64,000 bases of DNA. Source: the human T2T-CHM13v2.0 reference genome, Homo sapiens. The stretch lies in NCBI RefSeq assembly GCF_009914755.1, contig NC_060928.1; one strand, written 5' to 3'. The notes below the pieces were generated by a model. It saw only the letters and a list, made by a program, of their open reading frames with translations. It made no database searches and was not told the origin of the DNA. The stretch's first letter is position 1, and each line of letters starts with the position of its first letter. The position numbers and the translations under genes were made by a program. This document shows positions 28,710 to 42,823 of this stretch, piece after piece.

Positions 28710-29580
28710 CTCTTTTATTAATGGTGGCAAAATATACATAACATAAACGTACAGTTCGGTAGTATTAAATACATTCACATTGTTGAACAATCATCACCAC
28801 TATCCATCTTGAGAACTTTTTTCAACTTGCAATCCTGAAACTCTATACCTATTACATGAAACACTAACTCCTCATTCTCTCCCTCACCCCAGGCCCTGGC
28901 AACCAGTATTCTACTTTTTGTCTCTATAAATTTCACAACTCTAAGTACCTCATATGAATGGAATCATACAGTATTTGCCTTTTTGGGACTGGCTTATTTC
29001 ACCTAGCATAACATCCTCAAGGGTTATTCATGTTGTAGCATATGTCAGAGCTTCCTTCCTTTTTAAGGCTGAATAATATTACATTGTATGTATATACCAT
29101 ATTTTGTTTACCCATTTATCTGTCGATGGACATTTGGGTTGTTTCTATCTCTTAGCTGTTGTGTGTCACGCTGCTACAAATATGAACATGGGTGTAAAAT
29201 TATCTGTTCTTATCCCTACTTTCAATTCTTTTTAATTTTTTGAGAAACTACCATACTGTTTGACATATAAGCTGCACTATCATACTTTCGCACCAGCATG
29301 CACAAGGGTTCCAATTTTCCACATCCGTGCCAACACTTGTGATTTTCTGGGTTTGTTTTCATTAACAATCTTCCTAATGGTTGTGAAGTGGTATCTTATT
29401 GTGATTTTGATTTACATTTCCCTAATAATTAGTGATGTTCATTTTCATCTCATTGGCCACTTGTATATCCTCTTTGGAGAAATGTCTATCAGGTTCTTTA
29501 CCCATTTTTGAATGTTGTTGAGTTTTAGGAGTCTCTACAAATTCTTGATATTAATCCCTTATTAGACATGTGATCCATGA
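28710..29580 (-). mobile_element. L1MB-like 3' fragment
   Basis: Antisense L1 3'UTR and ORF2 end with internal deletions. Confidence 0.8.
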
Positions 29581-29649
29581 ATAAGGCTTTCCTCTGAAAA
29601 TTAAAACTCCCTTTTAGAGTTCAGTAAGTAGATATAGAAACTGGTACAA

Positions 29650-30560
29650 TTTCTTAGCTCTAAGCACTATATCAGGCACAAGAGATACAGAAATTAACAA
29701 AACAAAATCTTTGTATTCAATGATTTTGCTTAATAGGGAACACAGAGAAGAAAATGTTAAAATTATAATAAATTATGAAATGTATTATAACAAGTATATG
29801 GAAAGTACCCTGGGAGTTCAAATTTCTAGATAAAGAAAAGAGCCAACAGCAAAAGCACAAGAGGTGAACATGAGGCATCACAGGATCAGATGATACAGCA
29901 AAGATGGGGACAGAGACAGAAGACGTGGTAATAAAACAGACAATGGCTAGATCCTAAACACTATTGTTTGTCATGAGGAAAATGTTAACCTTCGTTTTGA
30001 CATCCTCGGTAACTATTGTGATTGTCTGAACTGTGTGAAGATCCTATCCTGTGGATAGAGAGTAGGAATTACTCCTGAACATCTTCCTGGAATGAGTAAA
30101 TAAGAGAACACACTCTTAGAGTCCCTGAGCTCTAAGTAAAGGACACTGGATATGTTGAGTGAACTTGTACTTCTCATGCTGGGATCTGCAGACACTGGGC
30201 AATGATCTTCTGACTGAGACTGTGAATCACTGAGAGCCTTGCATTTCTGCTATGATTGGGTATTCAGTGGAGCTTTACATAAACACTTACCTGTGGCCTA
30301 AGATGGATTTAGAAGAGTTAAGGGAAATGACTATGTATACCCTTGAAAAAAGTTAGTACTAACAGCAAGAAATCTGGTGTTTTGAGAATGTAAGAGTGAC
30401 ATACAGGAATAAAGGACCAACACTGGGTCAGGGTACAGACAGGGAAGAAGCAACAAAAAGTCTCCAGGTCAAAGATGTAGAAGACATAAACATTTGTTAG
30501 CTGTTCCTAGAAATTACTAAGGAAAGAAGCTTTAGGAAAAAGACTGGATATTCCACTCAC
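29650..30560 (-). mobile_element. Degenerate L2 fragments
   Basis: aagcactatatcaggcacaagagatacagaaattaacaaaac and purine-rich antisense L2-like sequence. Confidence 0.45.
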
Positions 30561-30699
30561 CTAAAAAATGAGGGTAGAGACTTTGTACTCAGACATTAAA
30601 GGAAATACAATTCTGAATATAAATTGGAGGAATCAGTTTGAACTCATAATGTATTTCATCCTAATTTTTTTCCTAGCACCCTCTAAAAAAGGGATAGAA

Positions 30700-31310
30700 A
30701 TAATGACAAATTCAGTAGCAATAAGCAGAATAGACAAAACTGTGATCTCCAGATATTAATTCCCACTATAAGAGGTCCCACCCGGGCTCCTCAAAGAAAC
30801 AGATGATTCTGTATCTGGGCCAGAAAATGTAAGGGTTAAGACTAGAGTGCCTGGTCATACCAGAGAGCATGAAAGTTATCAAAGACTACAAACAGTGTCA
30901 AAAATGTCCCAGTAATAACTTCAAGAAGCTCCCCCGGTCAAAGAAAGAACAACTGAACATCAGTAAATAACTGCAATGGATTGAAACATCAAATACATTG
31001 AAATCTATGAGTTCATAAAGATACTTTTTTAATAGTCAGTTTGATACCATTGGAGAATGCTAGGAATCAACTCAATATTTTGAAAACTGTTATGTAAATT
31101 AACAGAAAAGAGAAAGAATTAAACTTCTATCCTGTCTTTTCTCTGCAATGTACCACTGGATACCCCAGTAGTAGAAGAGAGGAAGTGTCTCTTTATAGAA
31201 TGAGTCCCATAAATAAGTGAAATAAAAGTGATATTTTAAATACCACAATTTGGCAATGCTTACTAAATTAATGAATCCATGCACTGAATATCAGTGCTAA
31301 CATCACAAAA
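30700..31310 (+). mobile_element. L1MC4/5-like 3' fragment
   Basis: gggctcctcaaagaaacagatgattctgtatctgggccagaaaatgta. Confidence 0.55.
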
Positions 31311-31480
31311 GAGAAGTAGTGTTTATCATGCACATTAAATTTTTCCATTTGAAAATCTGTTTAAGAGATAATTATATTAAAGGTACGACTATATTTGAAA
31401 AAAATTTTTAAGTTAAGTAAAATAACGAAAGACAATCCAATTTATTTTTATATGCAAGACAATTATATTTCACATCATTA

Positions 31481-31621
<141 letters not shown>

Positions 31622-31734
31622 TTACTCGTAATTTATAATTTTAAAAGTGAAATAAACAGATTCAGTAATATAATTTACTAAAAATAAGATTAAACAATTT
31701 TTGATTGCCAGACATCATTCTCAGTATCCATACT

Positions 31735-31910
31735 TTCTCTCATTTAATCCTCACAACAATCCTATGAAATTGTATCATCTCCATTTCACAGATGAAAAAA
31801 TTGAGTCACAAAAGGTTAGGTAACTTGCCCCAAATCACACAACTAGTAATGGTCAAACCATATTGAAATCCAGATTTTCTGGTCCTAAGTTTGTGTTCTT
31901 TTAAACTACA
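31735..31910 (-). mobile_element. MIR
   Basis: catttaatcctcacaacaatcctatgaa...ccatttcacagatgaaaaaattgagtcacaaaaggttaggtaacttgccc. Confidence 0.82.
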
Positions 31911-33386
31911 TTTGATAATTTTTTTTATCACTTGAAAGCCTGCCCCAAATAAAATACTCTTTTTTTTATGACTTTAAAAAGCTATTTGTAATTCTCACAG
32001 TTTTTCAAAACAAGAATCCTTTCTCTGCCATTAATAATCAACCAACTAAGCAATCAAGTTTAAATGACTTAACCCTGGTGGACATTCACCAGTCATCTAT
32101 AAAATGAGGGCATTGCACTAAATAATTCTGAAATGTCTGTGGTAGTTTTCAAATCCTATAATCCTCTGAAAATAATGAGCAGTATTATCAATGTTGCTTC
32201 CTTACATGCCCAAATGTGGCCACATGCTCTTCTATACATCTTTCTAATGACATTTTCAATGACATATTTAGATTTATTAAAAATACAAATTACAGCAAAA
32301 GAGGAGGTAGTCCTTCTACATATGTACAGCAGTTTTTTGGATATTACCTTTTTAGGGAGGTAGCATAGTGGGTGAGATCATTGTTTCTGGAATCAAAATG
32401 CTGGTGTTTGAATCCCAGTTCCTATTTACTAGTCTATACATATTTTTAGTTAGATTTAACATGAACAGACTTTTACGGTGAACATAGAGACAAGTATATT
32501 AATATTGTTTGAATTCCTTTCTTATTATATATTCTATCATTTCCATTCCTTTTTCTTTCTCAAATATATACTGATGTTATATCAATACGTAGCTGAATAT
32601 TAAAGTAGTTCTCTGTACATACTCTTGGTATCTAAGCCTTTTTTAGGTCTGATGTTTTTAACTTTTTATTTTACTCTATTCATCTTAGGCTTGAGGCCTA
32701 TTAGGGTAACAGAGTTCATTTTTGGCTGACCTGGAACAGTCTTATAAAACATCATAACAATGACATTTTTAATTCATAGATCATTAATGTCACTACATAT
32801 TTCTATCAATAATTTTAATTTCTCCATTAAAAAAACCAAACATAGCAGCAGAAAAAAAAATTTTATGCTCCCCCACTTCCTTCTCCTTCTGATTTAAATG
32901 TTGGTAAACAGTAAAATCGTCTTGTCCCATCTACTTAAATAATCAGAAATAATTTTTTATTGTACCTAAAAAATGAAGAGTATGGACCTGCTCAGTGATT
33001 AGACTTAATTAAGTTAAACTCAATACACAGTTATTGAATATCAACTGATGGCCATTTGGGAAATGCATCATGATATCATGTTTATCTATATGTGGCACAA
33101 ATAATAATGTAAAAGAAATCTTAAGTGAGACTTAACTCCATCCTCTAATGCACATTTAAAAAATCTAAAGCAAATGATAGATTCTATATTTATAAAACAT
33201 ATACAGGGAATATACTTAAAGGACACTGCAGGCACAATAAAAGCTATTTGAGAACACATGATTTCATAAATGTTGCTCCATAATCATAACTGTGCATTCA
33301 ACATGGGTTAATTGATTTACTACATGCAAAATATGTCCATTAAACTTGTTATATAAGTTTCCTCTCACTACTTAAAAATTCTTTTA

Positions 33387-34060
<674 letters not shown>

Positions 34061-34658
34061 TCATTCTGAAGTCTCCCTCTCCACTCTGTAACATTTGACA
34101 CAGGTGAAAATGCCTTCCTCCCTCTTTCACCTTGCCTCTCAAGACATCTGACTTACCTCAGTTCTCCTACTATATCTGCACATTCTAGGATCACTCATTC
34201 CTTTTTGTCCTTTACTAACTTTCCTTCTCTCTTCTCATATGCAAGAGAATTTCCCTGTCTTATCTCACTGCTTTCTGTATTATCTTCCTTGCTGATCTCA
34301 CATCTCTTGGTGATTTCCTCTCTATGCAGATGAAATCCAATGTCCTAGTTCTAAGTTCCGAATATCCTCCTTGACCTATACTTCCAAAAACTCTGATACC
34401 TTAACTAGAAAGTCTGCCGGCACAGTAAAATCATCATCTTTCCCTAGATCAAATTTTCTGACTTCTTTTTCCATTAATTGCACCACCATTTTCCCACTAA
34501 CGCAGGCCAGAAGCCTGGAAGTCTTTTCAGATACTTTCTTCTCATTTACCACCTACATTCAGTCAGCTGCATATCAAATGGTTGGTGCCTTGTGAATTCT
34601 TATAGAATTTGTTCCTTCTTTTTTAATTCCCACTGATACCTAATGGAAGCCCTCATTA

Positions 34659-34660
<2 letters not shown>

Positions 34661-34699
<39 letters not shown>

Positions 34700-34704
34700 A
34701 CACA
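34661..34704. repeat. (CA)n microsatellite
   Basis: About 19 uninterrupted AC units, then one interruption. Confidence 0.95.
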
Positions 34705-35416
34705 CTAAATTACTTCCTAACTTTACTTTCTGCCTAGTCTCTAGCCACCCAAATTTATCTTACACACACAGCCTCCAAGTTAATTTTTGATGCAGCTCTA
34801 ATATCACTTAGGTGCTCAAAAACTTTCAAAAGTTTCCCAATGAACTGACGCTAACTCTTCAAACTGACAAGAAAATCGTTCTTCGCATTTCTAACATTCT
34901 TATTTTTTCCCATTATATCTTTATGAATATATACTTCATGCACACAAAAATATACAGTATATACATAGATATACAAACTATACCATTCTTGCTCTCTAGG
35001 TATACTTTATATTTTCCCATCTTTGTATGTTTGCTTATGCTTTCAGTCTTACATGGAATGACATCTAACATTCCAACCACCTCCTCTGCTAGTCAAATAG
35101 TATCCATCCTTATACAACCATTGAAACCTTATTTTCTCCTTACTCCCACCAACTGGGTGAATATAATTTCCCTCTCTCCCTGTCCTTTTAATCACCACAG
35201 TACTTTGAGTTTTTTACTGAATCTATATCCCCTTGCTCTAGAATCATGTAAACATTCACATTTGTACTTAAAATGACTTCTATGAGAGTAAGCAACATAC
35301 CTTATTCTCTTTGTATATCCTTTGTAGTATTCTAGTAGCAATAACGGCAATAAAACAAGCTAGTTATACCACTACTTAAAATAATCTAACAATTGAAATT
35401 AATAATTTATTGTCTA

Positions 35417-35620
<204 letters not shown>

Positions 35621-36379
35621 TTATCTGTGCTTATTCATTCATAATATCTATAATTCTGAAAAGTTCTATTCATGTTAGACTAATGAATACTAGAGAGGTT
35701 TCAATCTACAATTCATGGTTAAACAAATGATTTAGACTAGCCACAGAGGTATTATACATGTTGTATTCATTCAGGTAAGCTGTCATTACAGTGCCATTAT
35801 AATGTACAGGTTCAATAAAAGTTGATTAATAACAGTATAATTAATAATTCACTGCTTTAATGATATAAAAAGAAGAAATTATAGCAGCTGGGAAGTGCAT
35901 ATAAAATTCTATTCACATGTCTTTATTAATTGTAATAGTTATCTTAAATGAACACATTTTTACATTATAAATTTAAATATATTTGCATACACTTTGTATC
36001 AAAGAGAAGGGAGACTCTAAACTATTTGGGCGTCTGTTCATGGGGTAAAGAGAAATTTTTTTAATATAGCTTAATAGAAGACAAATTTTCCTGTAGCCTC
36101 CTAATGAAATGTAAACATCAGTGAATAGAACTGATCAATACAAAGAGTAGTGAGAAACAGATGGCAGAATTAGTTATTACATTCAAAGCCTAGAATCTCA
36201 GAGAAATAGGCTGTCACAGTTCTTTCTACCACAAAAAACAAGGTAATTATTTTGTAAAAGGTTCACTGAAGTATAATTTTCATGCCATAAAATTTATTCA
36301 ATTTGTACAATTCAGTAATTTTTAAAAAATATTTCAAAAGTTGTGCAATTATCACAATTCACTTTAGAACATTTTCTTC

Positions 36380-36415
36380 ATCTCTTCTCGGCCTTTTGGC
36401 TAAAATCAAGTGTAG
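36380..36415 (+). pseudogene. 3'-truncated (tailless) U2 snRNA retrocopy, U2 nt 1-36
   Basis: ATCTCTTCTCGGCCTTTTGGCTAAAATCAAGTGTAG matches the U2 5' end at 34/36. Flanking direct repeat TAGAACATTTTC(T/A)TCA at 36365-36380 and 36413-36428. Confidence 0.9.
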
Positions 36416-37167
36416 AACATTTTCATCACTACAAAAATTTGCCTTGTACCTATTTACAGATAATCTTCATTCCTATCCCCACCTACAGGCAACTAGCAAT
36501 CTACTCTGTGTCTCTAGTAAACCCACCTTTTCTAGACATTTCAGATCAATGGAATCATACATTAGTATGTAGTCTTTTGTGTCAGGTTTCTTTCACTAAA
36601 CATAATGTCTTTGAGGTTTATCAATATGGTAGCATGTATCCACAGTTCATTCCTTTTTATTGCTGACTAGTATCCCACTGTATATAGAATACAGCACATT
36701 TTGTTTATCTAGTTGATGGACATTTAACAGTTTTTGCTATTATAAATAATGCTACCATAAACATTCATGTATATATCTTTATATGAAAATATGTTTTGAT
36801 TTCTTTTGGGTAGATTCCTAAGAGTGGAATTGCTAGGTTGTATGTTGAGTTTATCTTTAATTTTTTGAGAAACCGCCAAATTGTTTTCCAAGGTGGCTAT
36901 ACCACTATATGTTCCAATCAATAATGTATACATTCATCTCCACATCCTTGCCAATACTTGCTCTTGTGTGTATTTTGATTATTACCATTCTAGTTAGTGT
37001 AAAATAACAGTTTTAATGTATGTTGTTGAGCATCTTTTCATGTGCTGATTGGTCATTTGTATATCTTCTTCGGTGAAATGACTAATCAAATCTTTTACTC
37101 ATTTATTGAGCTGTTTGCATTTTATCACTGAGTTGTTAGAATTCTATATACATTCTGAATACAACTC

Positions 37168-37696
37168 TGTGATAGTTAATTTTATGTGTCAGCTTGACTG
37201 GATTAAGTGACCTTAGAGAGCTGGTAAAACATGATTTCTGGGTATATCTGTGATGGCATTTCCAGAGAGATTAGTACTTGAACCAGTGGGCTTAGTAATG
37301 CGGACTGCTCTCTCCAGTATGGTGAGCATCATCCAGTCAATTGAGGACTGAATACAATGAGAAGGAGAAAGGGTGAATTCCCTCTTCTGCTCAAGCTGGG
37401 AATCTATATTCTCCTCCTCTTGGATAGCAGGAGCTCTTGGTTCTCTGTCCTTCACTTCTTACCCCATCCCTCTCTCCTTAGGCCTTCAAGCCTTGGGCTC
37501 AGTCATGGGCTCCCCTGGCCTTCAAATTAGGATTGAATTACACCACTGGCTTTCCTGGGTCTCCAGCTGTAGATGGTGTATTGTGGGATTTCTCAGCCTC
37601 CATGGTCATATGAGCCAATTCCCATAATAAATCTCCTCTTACATATCTATACATATCCTATTGGTTTTGTTTCTCTGAAGAATGCAGACTAATAAA
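37168..37696 (+). mobile_element. MLT2 (ERVL) solo LTR
   Basis: tgtgatagttaattttatgtgtcagcttgactgg start; cctattggttttgtttctctgaagaatgcagactaata end. Confidence 0.87.
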
Positions 37697-39436
37697 AAGT
37701 GCTTTATCAGACACATGATATACAAATGTTGTATCAGTCTGTGGCTTATTTCTTCATTTACTTAGTGGTCAATTTTGAAACACAAAAGTTTTACATGTTG
37801 GTTGAGTCCAATTTCTCAATTTTTTCTTCTGTGGATTATGCTTTTAGTGTCACATCTGAGAACTGTTTGCCTTTCCCAACATCAGAAAGTTTTTCTCCTA
37901 TGTTTTCTTTCTGACATTTTATAGTTTTACTTCTCACATATAGGCCTATAATATATTTTGAGTTAATTTTTTTGACTGGTATGTGGTAAGCATCAAAATT
38001 TTCTTGTATGTAAACATCCAATTTTGTCCACCAATTGTTTAAAGCCTATCTTTTCCTCACTGAATTGTGTTGGCACCTTTGCTGCAAAACAATTGACCGC
38101 AAACTCAAGGATTTATTTCTGTATTGTCAATTCTCTTCCTTTAATTTATATGCCGATCTTTGTACAATTACCACAATTGAAGACTGAGTACAATGAAAAT
38201 GAGGAAGGGTGAATTCCCTCAGTATTTTGATAACTGTGGCTCTACAATAAGTTTTGAAATCAAGGTACATCTTCCAATTTTGTTCTTATATTTCAAAATT
38301 GTTTCAGCTACTCTAGGTCCATTGCATTTCAACTTCCCAATTTCTCCAAAAACGTCTATCAGGAATTGATAGGGATTATACAGAATTTACAGATCTAGGG
38401 AAAACTACCCTATTAATTATATTGAATCTTCTGATCCATGAACATGGAATGTCTCCATTTATTAAGGTCTATTTTTAATTTCTCTTAAAAATGTTTTATA
38501 CTTTTCATTGTACAAATCTTACACTTCTGTGATCTGTAAAGAGGGCTACTTTCTTTCTTCATTCCCAGTGCAGATATCTTTAATTTCTCCCTTCCTTCCT
38601 CTCTTTCTTCCTTATTGCACAAACTAACATCTCCAGTGTAACGCTGAATAGAAGTGGTAAAAATGGGAGGACATTTTTACCCTCCTAAACTTAGGGGGAA
38701 AGTATTCAGTCTTTCAACATTAAGTATGATGTACGTATTGGGAGTTTTTTGGTAGATGATTTTTGTCACTTTGTGGAAATTTCTTTAGTTGAAAGTTACT
38801 TGAGAGTTTTTAATCATGAATGTGTGTTGAATTTGGTCAAATGCTTTTTTCTGAAATGATAGTAAGCTTTTTCTCCTTTATAAATACTGGTGCATGACAT
38901 AAATTGATTTTCATATTTAAATTAACTGGCATTCCAGTGATAAAACCCACATGAACATTTTATAAATCCTTTTTATATACTGCTGAATTTGTTTCCTAAA
39001 TTTTGTTTTAAAAAAATGTGTCTGTGTTCAGGACGGAAATTGGCCTATAGCATTTTTCTTGTTAGTTTTCCTGTAATGTCTTTGTCTGGCAGTGGTATTG
39101 AGGTGACTGACCTTATAGAATGAGTTGCAAGTGTTTCCTCCCTCCTATCTTCTGGATGAGTATGTGAAAGATTTATATCATTTCTAGTTTAAATATTTTA
39201 TTGCATTAGCCAGGAAAGACAACTGGGTCTGGGCTTTTCTTTATGGAAAGATTTTTAAATTAATAGCTCATTTTATTTATGTGTTATAGGTCTATTCAAA
39301 TTTCCAATTTCTTTTTGAGCCAGTTTTGGCAATTCTGTTTTTCTAAGAATTTGTCCGTATCATTTAAGTATCTAATTTGTTGGTAGGAAGTTGTTCATGA
39401 TATTCCTTTCTACTCCTTTTAATTTCTGTAGGCTCA

Positions 39437-39760
39437 GGCTGGGCTTGGTGGTTCACACCTGTAATCCCAGCACTTTAGAAGGCTAAGGAGGGAGGATCAC
39501 TTGAGCCCAAGTTCGAGGCCAGCCTGAGCAACATAGGAAGACCCTATCTCTATAAAAAAAAAAAAAAATCAAAATATTAGCCAGACATGGTGGCATGTGC
39601 CTGTAGTCTCAGCTACTCAGGAGGCTGAGATGGGAGGGTGGCTTGAGCCCAGGAGTTTGAAGCTGCAGTGAGCTATAACTGTGCCAAGTGCACTCCAGCC
39701 AGGGCAACAGAGCAAGATCGTGTCTCTACAAAAAAAAAAAAGAAAAATAAACAGGAAAAA
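39437..39760 (+). mobile_element. Alu (AluJ-like)
   Basis: Full dimer with A tail. Confidence 0.9.
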
Positions 39761-40119
39761 AGATTCTATATGCTCAATAGTCATGTCTCTACTTTCACTT
39801 CTAATTTAAGTAATTTGTGTCATCTTTCATGGTTAGGTTAAAGTCTGTCAATTTTACTGATCTTTGCAAAGAATCAACTTTTGTTTCATTGATCTTCTTC
39901 AGTGTTTTTGCTTTATGTTTCATTGATTTTTGTTATAATCTTCATTACTCTATTTTTCTACTTGCTTTGCATTTAGTTTGCTCTCCTCTACTGTCTAACA
40001 GTAGAAGCATAGGTTATTGATTTGAGGAATTTATTTCAGATATGGGTGTTTAAAGCTGTAAATTTTCACTTAATACTACTTTAGCTGCATCTCATATATT
40101 TTGATATGTTATACCTCTG

Positions 40120-41000
40120 TTGGATATAAGCATCCAAATTAGTATGCTTCTCAGTCCCATGGGAGGAAGAGTTGCTGGCCACAGAAGTAACCAAAGCACT
40201 AATAGCTACATGGCAGAGACATGGCAGAATGTGTGAGGACAAAAAGAAAGATGCCCCCAAACCCAGGCACTCTCTAGGTTCTGGGAGGTATACAGAGGAG
40301 GAAGTGGTGCAGACCAAGGAGCATGGAATCAAAAAAAATGAAGCCCCCTACACCACCACCACTCTAGCCACACAGCCTAAGCTCACTCCCTTCTCTGTAC
40401 CTCTCTAAGCTTCTAACTGCAAAATAACATATCTCCTGGTAGCTGTTATAACCCCTGATATGCATGTATTAAACTCCTTGGTTAGTGCTCCTATAGAAAA
40501 AAGGAAATGCCTGAAAACAAGTGATAGGGTTAGGCAAAACTTGCAGTGAAACAGAAAAACTAAAATGAAAACTATTGTTGGTGGCATCTTTGGGCTGACT
40601 CAATATATTTTTGTTACGGCTTAAAACTGGTATCTGTGTGTATATGCTTGTACTGTAAGAGCTCCTGGGTGTCAGAAAGAATATTCCAGATCAAGAACCA
40701 CCACAGGTAGAAAACTGATAACAGGACTAATTCTCTTGCTGATTGCCATCAGTGGTGAGTCAGGATTTAGCACAATAGTCCCTACCCTCTCACGTCCTAC
40801 TGGCTGACAAGTCAGAACATTTGGTCTTAATGGCCCTGACTTGTAGTGTTCTCACAACTAAACCAAAAGGAGTAGCTCATAAATGCCAACAAAATTCAGG
40901 GTCCTGCTTGCCAAGTAAAGCTTCTTGATATTGTGTGGGCAAATTCACAACATTCAATCCTCTGGAGGTCAAAAGCTAAATGTGATGGACAGTTTTCAGT
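40120..41000 (+). mobile_element. Possible ERVL-class internal remnant
   Basis: aaaattcagggtcctgc...gtaaagcttctt resembles ERVL pol; composition differs from the flanking L1. Weak similarity. Confidence 0.35.
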
Positions 41001-41058
41001 CTATGTCTTACTGATTTCTCATCAGATATTTTCATGTTTAAAAACTACCATCCCTTGG

Positions 41059-41787
41059 TGATATGGTTTGGATTTGTGTCCCCACCCAAATATCATGTCA
41101 AATTGTGTATTAGTCCACTCTCACACTGCTATAAAGAACAGCCTAAGACGGGGTAATTTACTAAGAAAAGAAGTTTAATTGACTTATAGTTCCACATGGC
41201 TGGAGAGGCCTCAGGAAACTACAATCATGGTGGAAGGCAAAGAAGGAAGCACCTTCTTCACAAGGCAGCAGTGGGGGTGGGAGAACCAAGAAAAAATTAA
41301 ACCATCAGATCTCATGAGAACTCACTCACTATCATGAGAACAACATGGGGGAAACTGCCTCCATGATCCAATCAGGTCCTCTGTTGACATGTGGGGATTA
41401 TAATTTGAGATGAGATTTGGGTGGGGACACAGAGAAAAACCATATCAAATTGTAACCCCCAGTGTTGGAGGTGGGGCCTGGTGGGAGGTGATTATATCAT
41501 GGGGTAAATTTCCCCCTTGCTGTTCTCATGACAGTGAGTGAGTTTTCACAAGATCTGGTTGTTGAAGAGTGTGTGACAACCCCCCTCCCCGCTTCTTCCT
41601 CATGCTCCTGCCATATAAGATATGTCTGCTTCCCCTTCACCTTCTACCATGATTGTAAGTTTCCTGAAGCCTCTCCAGCCATGCTTCCTTATAGCCTGAG
41701 GAAACATGAGCCAATGAAACCCCCTTTCTTTATAAATTACCCCGTTTCAGGTATTTCTTTATAGAGGTACCAGAAAAGACTAATACA
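41059..41787 (+). mobile_element. MSTA-like MaLR solo LTR (outer element)
   Basis: tgatatggtttgg...gactaataca termini; TSD cttgg at 41054-41058 and 41788-41792. Confidence 0.9.
41106..41447 (-). mobile_element. MST/THE1-like MaLR solo LTR nested in opposite orientation
   Basis: tgtattagtcc...ccatatca termini; TSD aattg at 41101-41105 and 41448-41452. Confidence 0.9.
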
Positions 41788-41792
41788 CTTGG

Positions 41793-42790
41793 CATCATAT
41801 TTTCCTGGATTTCCTGTCTTTTGAGCCACTCCTGTTTTTGCTCTTAGTGTTGTTGTTTTTGGGAGGGCAGGGATGTCCTGTTTCCCTTACCTAACCTTTA
41901 CATGTTGAGGTTTTCTGGATGTAGCTCTAGTTCCTCTTGGCATTTTACAATCTCTCCCCAGATGAACTCATTCCCTCTCATGGCTTCAAATTTCATCTAC
42001 TTGGTAGTCATTCTCAATTACTAGGCCTTTCTTTTGAGCTCTCAACATACCTCCTTATATCTAGCTTCCTATTCAACATTTCAATCTGGATGTCTCTCAG
42101 GGGTTCTAATTTCAAGGACCTAAAATTAAACTCATTTTCTGTCCCTCCACCTCCTCCACACAACCCCAGCCATGGGGATGGAAGGATGTTTATACAAATA
42201 CTGTTCGTCCATTATTCCTAATCCCAGTAAATGCCACTGAGCAGCTCAAGCTGAGACTTGAGTATTGACTAAAGATATTGAATATCTCCCCTTGTCATCA
42301 CCCCCCAAATCTCTGAGTCTTATAAATTATATTTCTTAAAAATCTCTAAACAAGAATGTCTCTCTTCAGCTACATTATCAACATCACATATCATCCAGAT
42401 GTCTTCAATAGGCTCCGGTCTTATATAAATAACACCCTCTTCCTAATATCACTAAGTTCCAGTGATACTTGCTTTCCAACATTTCTTAGAACACTAGAAG
42501 CTCCCTGCCTTGCTTCAGGGCCTTTGCATATACTGTGCCTTCGTTCAAAGAATAGCTGGTTATATTTCTTCAAATCAAAACTTAAAAGTCACATAGGAAG
42601 ATATTCCTGGTTATCTTATCCAAAGCAACCCATCTCTACTCTACTAATCACTACTACAACACTCTAATTATATCCTTCCTGTCACTTATCACAGCTATTT
42701 AGTTTACATATTTGTTTTAAAAATGTATGGGTAAAATGGTTTCTATCTTGTACATGGCTGAGTGCTTGACACATTGTAAGTGAAAATCTA
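41793..42790 (+). mobile_element. L2 fragments
   Basis: ctcatggcttcaaatttcatcta, catttcaatctggatgtctc, cagggcctttgcatatactgt. Confidence 0.65.
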
Positions 42791-42823
42791 TTTAAGAAAC
42801 TGATTAATAAATTAAGACTTATA

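Larger units (their letters stand above)
36250..40115 (-). mobile_element. Old L1M element (3'UTR plus ORF2) hosting the U2 fragment, an MLT2 and an Alu
   Basis: Continuous T-rich antisense L1 sequence. Confidence 0.78.

Noticed and set aside
34812-35276. Longest ORF in the track (154 aa)
   Set aside because: Non-ATG start, low complexity, lies in degenerate L2-like sequence.
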